Assembly: GCA_023248995.1 (NCBI GenBank) | Contig: JAHFDN010000001.1 | Span: 51,249 to 115,248 of the forward strand | Source of the DNA: Candidatus Rokuibacteriota bacterium | GTDB taxonomy: Bacteria > Methylomirabilota > Methylomirabilia > Rokubacteriales > CSP1-6 | Direction: 5' to 3' | Length of the DNA stretch: 64,000 nucleotides | Part shown: positions 28,821-37,160 of the stretch, in pieces | Position numbering within the stretch: the first letter of the stretch is position 1 | Layout: each line of letters opens with the position of its first letter | Made by a program: the position numbers and the translations under genes | Notes under the pieces: generated by a model | Told to the model about the DNA's origin: nothing | Database searches by the model: none | The model's input: only the letters and a program-made list of their open reading frames with translations

Positions 28821-31078
28821 CCCGCGGCCACCTCCGCCTCGTGGGCGTAGTCGCACCCCTCGCTCGCGCACGCCCGGAGGAGCCGCTTGCCGCGGGCGTA
28901 TCGCTCCACGAGGAACGGGGCACCGCACCTGGGGCAGGGCTCGGGGATCGGTCGCTGCCAGAGCACGAACCGGCAGCGCGGGTAGTTGGAGCAGGCGTAG
29001 TAGGCCTTGCCCCGGCGGGAGCGACGCTCCACGAGCTGGCCGCCGCACTCTTTCTCGGGACAGGCGATGCCGGTGGTCAGCGGCTTGGTGTTCTTGCACT
29101 CCGGATACCCCTGGCAGGCGATGAACTTCCCGTACCGCCCCTCCTTGACGACCATGGGCTTGCCGCACTGCTCGCAGAGCTGGCCGGGCACGACCTCCGC
29201 GGCGCGCCCGCGGCCGTTTCCGTTGAGGTCCTGGGTGTACTTGCATTCGGGGTAGCCCGAGCAGGCAAGGAATTTTCCGAACCGTCCCCAGCGCTCAAGG
29301 ATCGGCTTCGCGCACTCGGGGCAGAGCTGCCCCGTAGGCGGCGGCGCATGCGCGCCGGCCTTCTTGAGCTCCTTCTCGAAACGCTTGTAGAAGCGCTGGA
29401 TCGTCTCGGTCCAGGCGGCGTCCCCCTCCTCGATCTTGTCGAGGTCCTCCTCCATCTGCGCGGTGAACTCCACGTCCATGATCCCGGGGAACAGCGGGAC
29501 GAGGAAATCGGTCACGTGCAGGCCCAGCTCGGTGGGGATCAGGCTTCCCTTCTCGCGATTCACGTATCCGCGCTCCTGGATCGTGCTCATGATCTGGGCG
29601 TAGGTAGAGGGGCGGCCGATTCCCCGCTCGTCGAGGATCTTCACCAGCGAGGCCTCCGTGTAGCGCGGCGGCGGCTGGGTGAAGTGCTGCTTGGGCTCCA
29701 GCCCCAGGAGCGCCAGTTGCTCCCCCACCGTCAGCGGCGGGACGACCGCCTCCCCTTCCTCCTCGGCGGCGGGCTCGGATTGCTCGCGGCTCTCGACGTA
29801 CACGGCCATGAATCCCTGGAACCGCACCGTGGAACCGCTCGCCCGGAAGAGGCAGTCGGCAGCCGCGATATCCGCCGACACCGTGTCGTAGATCGCCGGC
29901 AGCATCTGGCTCGCGAGGAACCGCTCCCAGATGAGCCGGTAGAGGGCGAGCTGATCCTTGGTCAGGAAACGCGTGAGCGCTTTCGGCTCTCTCGTCACGT
30001 CGGAAGGCCGGACCGCCTCGTGGGCGTCCTGGGCGCCCTTCTTGGACCGGTAGAGGGGCGGCGCCGCGGGGACGTAGTCGTTCCCGAAGCGCCCCGTGAT
30101 CCACCGCCTGGCCTCGTCCTGGGCCTCCTGGGCCACCCGGACGGAGTCGGTCCGCATGTACGTGATGAGCCCCACCGAGCCTTCGCTCCCGAGCTCGATC
30201 CCTTCGTAGAGCTGCTGCGCCAGGAGCATCGTCTTCTTGGCGCTGAAGTGGAGCTTGCGCCCCGCCTCCTGCTGGAGCGTGGAGGTGATGAAGGGAGGCA
30301 CCGGGTTCCGCTTGCGCTCTCCGCGCGTGACCGCCTTGACGGTCCAGCGGCAACCCTCGAGGGCGGCGAGGATCTCCTGGACGCGGGTTTCGTCAGGCAG
30401 ATCGGCCTTCTCGCCCCGTACCTCCTTGAGGGTGGAGACGAACTCGGGCGGGTTCTGAGCCCGCAGCCGGGCGTGAAGGCTCCAGTACTCGACCGGGACG
30501 AACGCCTGGATCTCGCGCTCCCGGTCGGCGACCAGCCTGAGTGCGACCGACTGCACGCGTCCGGCGGACAGCCCGCGCTGCACCTTCTTCCAGAGAAGCG
30601 GCGAGAGCTTGTAGCCGACGAGGCGATCGAGCACCCGCCGCGCCTGCTGGGCGTCCACCTTGCGCTGGTCGATGCGGCCCGGGCTCTTGAAGGCTTCCTT
30701 GATGGCTCGCGCCGTGATCTCGTTGAAGAGCACGCGGTACACCTTGCGTCCGTTGACACCGAGTTCCTGGGCGAGGTGCCACCCGATGGCCTCTCCTTCC
30801 CGGTCCGGGTCCGTGGCCACGTAGAGCGCCTCAACGTTCTGGGCCGCCTTCTTGAGCTCGTCGAGCACTTTGCGCTTCGCCGGCAACGTGCTGTACTCGG
30901 GTTTGAATCCCTTCTTCACGTCCACGCCCAGTTTGGATTTGGGCAGGTCGCGGATGTGGCCCATCGAGGCCTTGACGACGTACTTCGAGTCCAGATACTT
31001 GCGGATGGTCTTCACCTTCGTCGGTGACTCCACCACCACGAGGGACCGTTTGGACGCGGGGCGCTTCCTGGCCGTCAT
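28817..31078 (-). CDS. topA: DNA topoisomerase I
   Basis: VVESPTK, ATDPDREGEAI, SAGRVQS, ITYMRTDS, three C-terminal zinc ribbons. Confidence 0.98.
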   Translation of the reverse strand: MTARKRPASKRSLVVVESPTKVKTIRKYLDSKYVVKASMGHIRDLPKSKLGVDVKKGFKPEYSTLPAKRKVLDELKKAAQNVEALYVATDPDREGEAIGWHLAQELGVNGRKVYRVLFNEITARAIKEAFKSPGRIDQRKVDAQQARRVLDRLVGYKLSPLLWKKVQRGLSAGRVQSVALRLVADREREIQAFVPVEYWSLHARLRAQNPPEFVSTLKEVRGEKADLPDETRVQEILAALEGCRWTVKAVTRGERKRNPVPPFITSTLQQEAGRKLHFSAKKTMLLAQQLYEGIELGSEGSVGLITYMRTDSVRVAQEAQDEARRWITGRFGNDYVPAAPPLYRSKKGAQDAHEAVRPSDVTREPKALTRFLTKDQLALYRLIWERFLASQMLPAIYDTVSADIAAADCLFRASGSTVRFQGFMAVYVESREQSEPAAEEEGEAVVPPLTVGEQLALLGLEPKQHFTQPPPRYTEASLVKILDERGIGRPSTYAQIMSTIQERGYVNREKGSLIPTELGLHVTDFLVPLFPGIMDVEFTAQMEEDLDKIEEGDAAWTETIQRFYKRFEKELKKAGAHAPPPTGQLCPECAKPILERWGRFGKFLACSGYPECKYTQDLNGNGRGRAAEVVPGQLCEQCGKPMVVKEGRYGKFIACQGYPECKNTKPLTTGIACPEKECGGQLVERRSRRGKAYYACSNYPRCRFVLWQRPIPEPCPRCGAPFLVERYARGKRLLRACASEGCDYAHEAEVAAG

Positions 31079-32082
31079 GCGGATCGCACCTTGATGTAGC
31101 GCTGACCGGGCAGCTGCCGCACCCGGCCGTTCAATTCGAGGGTGAGGAGGAGCGCGGCGGTCCGCCCGGGGGCGACGCCGCTTCGCTCGATGAGGCGATC
31201 GATGTGGACCGGCTCGCTGCTTATCAGATCCAGGAGCTTCCCCTCATCGGCCGCGCCGATGGGCGCGCACGCCGGCGCCGCCACGGGGGCCTTGAGGCAT
31301 CGTCTCCACGTCTCGGGTAACTCTCCCACAACGTCTTCCCATCCCTGGACTAGTTTAGCACCGTCCTGGATCAGCCGGTTCGCGCCGCGGCTCATCTCCG
31401 ACGTGATCGGACCCGGCACGGCAAACACCTCGCGCCCGAGCTCGCCCGCGTGGCCTGCGGTGATCAATGCGCCCGAGCGTTCCGCCGCCTCGACCACGAT
31501 GGTTCCGAGCGCGAGTCCGGCGATCGTGCGATTTCGCAGGGGGAAGTGTCGTGGGAGCGCCGGAGTCCCCAGCGGGAACTGCGAGACCAACGCGCCGCGC
31601 GCGAGAACCTGCGAGACGAGCCGGCGGTTCTCGGGAGGATACACCACGTCCGCTCCGGATCCCAGGACGGCGATCGTGCGTCCGTCGGCCGCCAGCGCCC
31701 CGCGGTGGGCGGCGGTGTCCACGCCGCGCGCAAACCCGCTGACGATCGTGATGCCGCGCGCCGCCAGCTCGAAGGCCAGGTGCTCGGCCATTTGAAGGCC
31801 GTACGGCGTGGCGTGGCGCGATCCCACGATCGCCAGCGCCAGCGCGTCCTCCGGCAGGATCGCGCCGCGGATCAGCAGGAACGGGGGTGGAGCGACCATC
31901 GCCCGGAGCGACGCTGGATAGTCCTCATCGTCCGAGAGGACGAGGCGGGCGCCGACGCGCCGCGCCAGCTCGCGTTGCTCGGCGGCGCTGGTCGGCGCGG
32001 CGGGTGACGCCTCCTGCCCCCGGCTCACCCTGAGCGCCGATAGGACCGCCTCCCAGCCTCCTTGCTTGTCCTGTTCCATCAT
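31075..32082 (-). CDS. dprA: DNA processing protein DprA/Smf
   Basis: AIVGSR, VSGFARGVDTAAH, FPLRNR, VEAAERSGALITA, C-terminal winged helix. Confidence 0.95.
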   Translation of the reverse strand: MMEQDKQGGWEAVLSALRVSRGQEASPAAPTSAAEQRELARRVGARLVLSDDEDYPASLRAMVAPPPFLLIRGAILPEDALALAIVGSRHATPYGLQMAEHLAFELAARGITIVSGFARGVDTAAHRGALAADGRTIAVLGSGADVVYPPENRRLVSQVLARGALVSQFPLGTPALPRHFPLRNRTIAGLALGTIVVEAAERSGALITAGHAGELGREVFAVPGPITSEMSRGANRLIQDGAKLVQGWEDVVGELPETWRRCLKAPVAAPACAPIGAADEGKLLDLISSEPVHIDRLIERSGVAPGRTAALLLTLELNGRVRQLPGQRYIKVRSA

Positions 32083-32186
32083 CTCGAAATTCCTCGCTTG
32101 GTCGAATGGGTCCAAGTATACCGGAGCGTCAGGAAGCGTCAAGGTTTGGCGGAACCGCGAGGCCGTCGCCGCGCCCCGGATCGAGA

Positions 32187-32993
32187 TTAGCGCGCGCGAC
32201 GGACGGGCACGGCGGGTGCCCGGATGAGCGAGCGGGCCTGCCGGGCTGCTTCGGTGTCTGGGTACGCCTGGACGAGCTGCCGCCATGCCTCCCGGGCCCG
32301 CGTCGGATCGTTGAGGGCGCGGAAGCAGAGGCCGATCTTGAAGAGCGCGTCCGACGCTTTACCGCCCTGCGAATTCAACTCCACGACCCTCTGGTATTCC
32401 TTCAGCGCCTGCGCGTAGTCACGCTGCTCGTAGTAGGCCTGGCCGATCCAGAACTGCGCGTTGGCCACGAGCGGGTGCTCGGGAAAGCGCGCGATGAAAT
32501 CGGTGAACTCCAGCACCGCCTGCCCCTGCTGGTGGGCGCGAAAGTTCTCCAGCGCGGCCGCGTAGAGCTGCTCGGCCGGGCCTGCGCGCTGCGGCCGCTC
32601 CGGCTCCGCGGGCTTTACCGCGGACGTGGGACCGGTGGCCCGGCGGAGGAGCCCCTGGGAGAGCCCGTCGAGCGACCCGCGGATCCCCCGGACCGCTTCA
32701 TCGGTCTCCCCGAGCCGCGTCTCCAGCCGGTCCACCTTCTGCGCCGCCCCCTTTTCCGCTTCGGCCAGCGTGGTCATCTGGCCGTCGAGTCCTTTCAGGT
32801 CGGATACCGTCTTTGCGAGCTCGCGCGTGGTAGTCTCCTGCGCCTGTCTCAGCTCTTCCACCTGCTCCTTCACTTGAGCGATCTGAGCCCGCAACTCCTG
32901 GACGCTGCCGCGCGTGGCGCACCCCGCCACGGCCAGGAGGACCGCCGCGCTGCCGAACCAGACGGCCAGCGTCTCGGATGGAACGCGCTTCAT
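32187..32993 (-). CDS. Tol-Pal-associated CpoB/YbgF-like TPR lipoprotein
   Basis: Lipobox VAGC, coiled coil, TPRs (ANAQFWIGQAYY, DALFKIG). Confidence 0.85.
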   Translation of the reverse strand: MKRVPSETLAVWFGSAAVLLAVAGCATRGSVQELRAQIAQVKEQVEELRQAQETTTRELAKTVSDLKGLDGQMTTLAEAEKGAAQKVDRLETRLGETDEAVRGIRGSLDGLSQGLLRRATGPTSAVKPAEPERPQRAGPAEQLYAAALENFRAHQQGQAVLEFTDFIARFPEHPLVANAQFWIGQAYYEQRDYAQALKEYQRVVELNSQGGKASDALFKIGLCFRALNDPTRAREAWRQLVQAYPDTEAARQARSLIRAPAVPVRRAR

Positions 32994-33076
32994 CGCCAGG
33001 GCCCCTTTCGTCGGTGGTGGGAACGTAGCACAGCGTTTCAAAAAAAGTCAAGAAATTTAGGCTTCTTTTCGATAGG

Positions 33077-34081
33077 ATGCCCGTCGTGGACGAGGTGTCC
33101 TGGCCCTTCTACGTCTCGGCTGTGGCAACCGGGGTCGCGTTCGGCTACGTCACGCAGCGCGGCGGCTTTTGCCTCACCCGGGCTCTCTCGAACCTCTTCC
33201 TCATGGGCGACGCCACCATCGTGCGCGCCTATCTGCTCGCCCTGTTCGTCGCGACCGTCGGGGTCCACCTCATCCTGGGCGCGGGGCTGGTCCAGATCCC
33301 GATCCGCCCGTTTCACTGGCTCGGAAACCTCCTGGGTGGCTTCCTGTTCGGCGTCGGCATGATCCTCGCGGGCGGGTGCTCCGGCAGCACCTGGTACCGG
33401 GTCGGGGAGGGGGCGGTCGGCGCGTGGATCGTGCTCTTGGCATTCGCCATGGGTGCGACCACCACGAGCGTGGGGATTCTGGCCCCCGCGCGGCGAGCGC
33501 TTCAGGGTCCCACGGTGACGGTGGACGGTGTCTCTCCGACCCTGGCGAGCCTGATCGGGGTCTCGCCCTGGGCGGTCATCGGCGTCCTGGGTGTTCTGCT
33601 AGCGATCTTCCTCTGGCGAGGGAGCCCGGAGCCGGAGCACGCGAAGTGGCCGTGGGCCGTGACGGGAGTTGCCGTCGGCATGCTCATCGCCGTCGGCTGG
33701 TGGACCTCCAGCTTCGACCAGGCGCCCACGGGGATCACCTTCGCCAGCAACACCGGGCAGGCTCTCACGTACCCGCTCGTGGGCTATCCGAATCGCGTGA
33801 ACTGGAGCATGGTCCTCCTGGTGGGGGTTCCCATCGGGGCGTTCCTGGCGGCCTGGCGAGCGGGAGAGTTCCGGTGGAAGCTTCCGCCAGGCTGGAGCCT
33901 GGTCCAGCTCTTCGCCGGGGGGCTCCTCATGGGGACGGCTGCGATCCTCGCCGAGGGGTGCAACATCACCCAGGGGCTGACGCACTCGGCCACGCTCGCC
34001 CTCGGAAGCCTCGTGGCCTTCGGCGCCATGTGGGTCGGCGCCTACGCCGCCGTCTGGGTGATGTTCCTCAGAAAGGGCTAG
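33077..34081 (+). CDS. YeeE/YedE (TsuA-like) sulfur/thiosulfate transporter
   Basis: Multiple TM helices; three conserved Cys motifs RGGFC, AGGCSG, AEGCNI. True start may be GTG 33086. Confidence 0.9.
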   Translation: MPVVDEVSWPFYVSAVATGVAFGYVTQRGGFCLTRALSNLFLMGDATIVRAYLLALFVATVGVHLILGAGLVQIPIRPFHWLGNLLGGFLFGVGMILAGGCSGSTWYRVGEGAVGAWIVLLAFAMGATTTSVGILAPARRALQGPTVTVDGVSPTLASLIGVSPWAVIGVLGVLLAIFLWRGSPEPEHAKWPWAVTGVAVGMLIAVGWWTSSFDQAPTGITFASNTGQALTYPLVGYPNRVNWSMVLLVGVPIGAFLAAWRAGEFRWKLPPGWSLVQLFAGGLLMGTAAILAEGCNITQGLTHSATLALGSLVAFGAMWVGAYAAVWVMFLRKG

Positions 34082-34094
34082 CCGGCCGCCGCAC

Positions 34095-35063
34095 CTACCT
34101 CGCCGAGATCACGATCCCGTGAGGGTCGGACTCAGCGGTGAGCCCCACCTTGATTGTGTGGGTCTTGGTGTTCGTGGCGAGGTTGACCACGTCCACCGCG
34201 TGGGCACGGCGGCTGGTCACCCAGAGCTCCATCCCGTCGGGAGAGAGGTCAAGGATATCCGGGAGCTCTGAGACGGGAACCTTGGCCAGGACTTTCCGGC
34301 CGGGAACGTCCAGCACCGCCACGAAGTGCTCCTTTCGGACGGAGACGTAGGCGCGCTTGCCGTCCTTGGAAAGCACGATGCCGTGCGTGTCAGCGCCGAT
34401 TTTGATCTCGGCGACCACCTCGTCTTTCTTCGTATCGATCACCGAAACGATATTGTCGCCCCCCTCGGTAACCCAAACCTCGCCGCCTCCAGGGGCGGTC
34501 ACGGTCCCCATGGTGTCCTTACCCGCGAAGAGCTTCTTGATCACCTCGCCCGACGCCGTGGCAATCACGTAGACGTCGCCTGAACCACCGTTGGCGACGT
34601 AACCCTTCTTCCCGTCCGGGGTGAAGGTGACCAGCATGGGCTTGCTTCCCACCTTGATGGTGCGGACCACCTTTTGGCTGGCCAGATCGATGACCGACAC
34701 GGTGTCGGCCTGGACGTTGGCCGTCCAGAGCTGCTTCTCGTTGGGGGTCAACGTGACCCCGTGGGTCCCCTTGTCGGCGGGGATCACGGCCACTTCGGTC
34801 TTGGAGGCGGGATCGAAGACGGAGACCGAGCCGGACCCGACGTTGGCGGTGTAGAGCCACTTACCATCCTTGGTCAGGGCCGCGTTGTGGGGCTTGACTT
34901 GAGAGATCTTTACTGTCTCAATGACTTTTTTGGTCTTTCCGTCAATGATCGAGATAGAGTTCTCCCCCTGGTTCGTGACGTAGACCGTATAGGCCATTGC
35001 CGGCGCGACCACTGTCAGGGCGAGCAGGAAAGCGGTGAAAATAAAGAGAGAGCGTCGCAGCAT
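34095..35063 (-). CDS. Secreted YVTN-type 7-bladed beta-propeller
   Basis: Sec signal ending APAMA; seven repeats of P/T-x-G...S/TPDG..Y-V-x-N...VSVID. Confidence 0.9.
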   Translation of the reverse strand: MLRRSLFIFTAFLLALTVVAPAMAYTVYVTNQGENSISIIDGKTKKVIETVKISQVKPHNAALTKDGKWLYTANVGSGSVSVFDPASKTEVAVIPADKGTHGVTLTPNEKQLWTANVQADTVSVIDLASQKVVRTIKVGSKPMLVTFTPDGKKGYVANGGSGDVYVIATASGEVIKKLFAGKDTMGTVTAPGGGEVWVTEGGDNIVSVIDTKKDEVVAEIKIGADTHGIVLSKDGKRAYVSVRKEHFVAVLDVPGRKVLAKVPVSELPDILDLSPDGMELWVTSRRAHAVDVVNLATNTKTHTIKVGLTAESDPHGIVISAR

Positions 35064-35089
35064 GGACTTTCCTCCATCACGCGGCCGAG

Positions 35090-35857
35090 CTAGGCCGCAG
35101 GGTGAATAGCCTGGGCAGCCTCCCAACGCTGGCCCTGGCTGTTGATGAACACGATACGGAGTGTGCCTCCGCCGCTGATTTTCAACGGGAATCGGATCAA
35201 CGGGTTCGGGCTGACCGCCGAGGTCATCTGAAACTCGCTGATCTTCTGGTCGTCGAGGAAGACGAGCATCTGCCTGACGTAGAACTCGGGCTGCTCGCGG
35301 ACGAACTTTCCGCCCTGGAGGGCGAGGCCAGTGTAGGAGTTGTGGTCCAGCTTGGTCCGCACCTCCACCACCTCGCCTGCCCGGAGCGAGCGCGGCAGCC
35401 GGATCATCGGGTTTCCGAGACGCTCTCGCGCCATTTTCTCAGGGGCAGTCGTACAGCCGCCCTCTGCGACGCGGACCTCTCGGGCGCCCGTGAAGCGACC
35501 GTGGCGGGTGCACTCGCCTACGACCTTGACGACCCCGCCGATCCCGGAGCGGAAATGAAAAGCCACCCACGCCCGGCCGTTGGCCGGCGTAAAAAAGAAT
35601 TTTCCCTTGTAGGCGACGGGGTCCGTCTCCAGGCTCACCTCGAGCGACCGAATAAAATGGGCGGGCTCCATCGGATGGTCCATGGAGATCTGGAGGGGAA
35701 CGGCCACCGGATCCTCCGCCAGTACCGGGAGGTCGATCTGGGGCCGGTGGGCTGACTCCCCCTTTTCCTGCGCCCACGAGCCACGGGAAACCAGGGCCGG
35801 CGAGAGACCGGCGACGAGCGATCCGGCCATGAACTTCCTTCGGTTGAGAATTGTCAT
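35090..35857 (-). CDS. Tat-exported SoxY-SoxZ fusion with superoxide-reductase-like metal motifs
   Basis: NRRKF twin-arginine signal; LAEDPVAVP (SoxY), GGC arm, HNSYTGL and AVSPNPLIRF (SoxZ); HRP, HPMEPAHFI and CTRHG (SOR-like). Confidence 0.85.
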   Translation of the reverse strand: MTILNRRKFMAGSLVAGLSPALVSRGSWAQEKGESAHRPQIDLPVLAEDPVAVPLQISMDHPMEPAHFIRSLEVSLETDPVAYKGKFFFTPANGRAWVAFHFRSGIGGVVKVVGECTRHGRFTGAREVRVAEGGCTTAPEKMARERLGNPMIRLPRSLRAGEVVEVRTKLDHNSYTGLALQGGKFVREQPEFYVRQMLVFLDDQKISEFQMTSAVSPNPLIRFPLKISGGGTLRIVFINSQGQRWEAAQAIHPAA

Positions 35858-35876
35858 GTTTCCCGATCGGGAAACA
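35857..35876. promoter_or_regulatory. Perfect 20-bp palindromic operator or 5' hairpin
   Basis: TGTTTCCCGA|TCGGGAAACA between the -10 box and the ATG. Confidence 0.75.
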
Positions 35877-35904
35877 CTATAATGTGCCGGAACGATCCTG
35901 TCAA
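35876..35904 (-). promoter_or_regulatory. Sigma70 promoter of the SoxYZ-propeller operon
   Basis: TTGACA-17 nt-TATAGT. Confidence 0.8.
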
Positions 35905-37127
35905 GCCCCATCGTGCGGCGGCAGCGGCTTCAGGAGAATGACCGTGACCTCTCCCCCGGGGGGAATCGTGCTATCGGGAGGCACCACCGCGAGCCCGTCC
36001 GCCGCGACCATGGAGGTGACAATCGCCGATCCCTGGTCGCCGGTCAGCCGGGCGCCGTACCCCTGGCGATCCGCGGTGAGCCTCACGCGGAGATATCCCC
36101 GCCGCCCGCCCGGGTTCGGGATCGGCGCGAGAGCCCGGGCGCGGAGCATCGGGCGATGAAGTGCCGAGTGGCCGGCCATCTTCCGGAGGGCCGGTCGGAC
36201 GAAGAGCTCGAACGTCACCATGGCTGACACCGGGTTTCCGGGAAGCCCGAAGATCGGCCGGTCGCCCACGGAGCCGAAGGTGATGGGCTTGCCGGGACGC
36301 ATGGAGACCTTCCAGAGGTGCTGCTCCGCTCCGAGGCGGGTGAGCGCCTCTCGCACGAAGTCGTATTCCCCCACCGAGACGCCTGCCGAGGAGATCAGGG
36401 CGTCCGCGGCGAGCCCCCAGCGGAGTTGTTCCTCGATCGCCTCGCGGCGGTCCGGCGCCAGGCCCACGTTGACGGGTTCAGCGCCCGCCTCGAGGACCTG
36501 GGCCATCAGGGCGTAGGTGTTCGAGTTCCGGATTTTCCCAGGCCCGAGCGGCGTCCCGAGGTCTACCACTTCGTCTCCCGTCGAAAGGATCGCCACGCGG
36601 GGACGCCGGAAGACCAGCGGGCGCGACTGACCCAAGGTCGCCAGGAGCCCGACCTCGGCCGGGCCGATGACCTTCCCCGGCTCGAGCGCCGTCTCCCCCG
36701 CCCGGATGTCTTCGCCGAGCGGCCGGACGAAGACTCCGGGCTGGACGAATCGCCGAACGCGGATGCGCTCACCGAGCGTCTCGACCTCTTCCTGGGGAAC
36801 GACGCTGTCCGCTCCTTCGGGCAGCGGGGCCCCGGTGAAGATCCTGAATGCCTCGTCTCGCTCGAGCGGGCGGGCGGCGACCAACCCCGCCGGGATCGTT
36901 CCCACGACGCTCAGCTCGGTCGGCCGCTCGGGGGTCGCTCCACGCGTGTCGGACGAGCGCACGGCGTAGCCGTCCATGGACGAATTTGGCCACGGGGGGA
37001 TGTCCCCCGCGGCGACGGACGGCTCGGCGAGCACCCGCCCCAGGCACGCCAGGAGGTCTGTCCGTTCGGTGCCGAGCCGGTGGACGCGAGAGAGAATCTG
37101 CTCGAGGGCTTCTTCGACGGACAGCAC
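35901..37127 (-). CDS. moeA: Molybdopterin molybdenumtransferase
   Basis: SSMDGYAVRS, IFTGAPLPEGADSVV, STGDE, MRPGKP, GLPGNPVS. Confidence 0.96.
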   Translation of the reverse strand: MLSVEEALEQILSRVHRLGTERTDLLACLGRVLAEPSVAAGDIPPWPNSSMDGYAVRSSDTRGATPERPTELSVVGTIPAGLVAARPLERDEAFRIFTGAPLPEGADSVVPQEEVETLGERIRVRRFVQPGVFVRPLGEDIRAGETALEPGKVIGPAEVGLLATLGQSRPLVFRRPRVAILSTGDEVVDLGTPLGPGKIRNSNTYALMAQVLEAGAEPVNVGLAPDRREAIEEQLRWGLAADALISSAGVSVGEYDFVREALTRLGAEQHLWKVSMRPGKPITFGSVGDRPIFGLPGNPVSAMVTFELFVRPALRKMAGHSALHRPMLRARALAPIPNPGGRRGYLRVRLTADRQGYGARLTGDQGSAIVTSMVAADGLAVVPPDSTIPPGGEVTVILLKPLPPHDGA

Positions 37128-37160
37128 GCCCCTATGGTATCACCGCCGCGGCGCGCGGGA

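Noticed and set aside
35090-35857. Canonical Sox thiosulfate-oxidation pathway
   Set aside because: No soxAX, soxB or soxCD in the window, and the arm is an internal GGCTT rather than a C-terminal GGCGG
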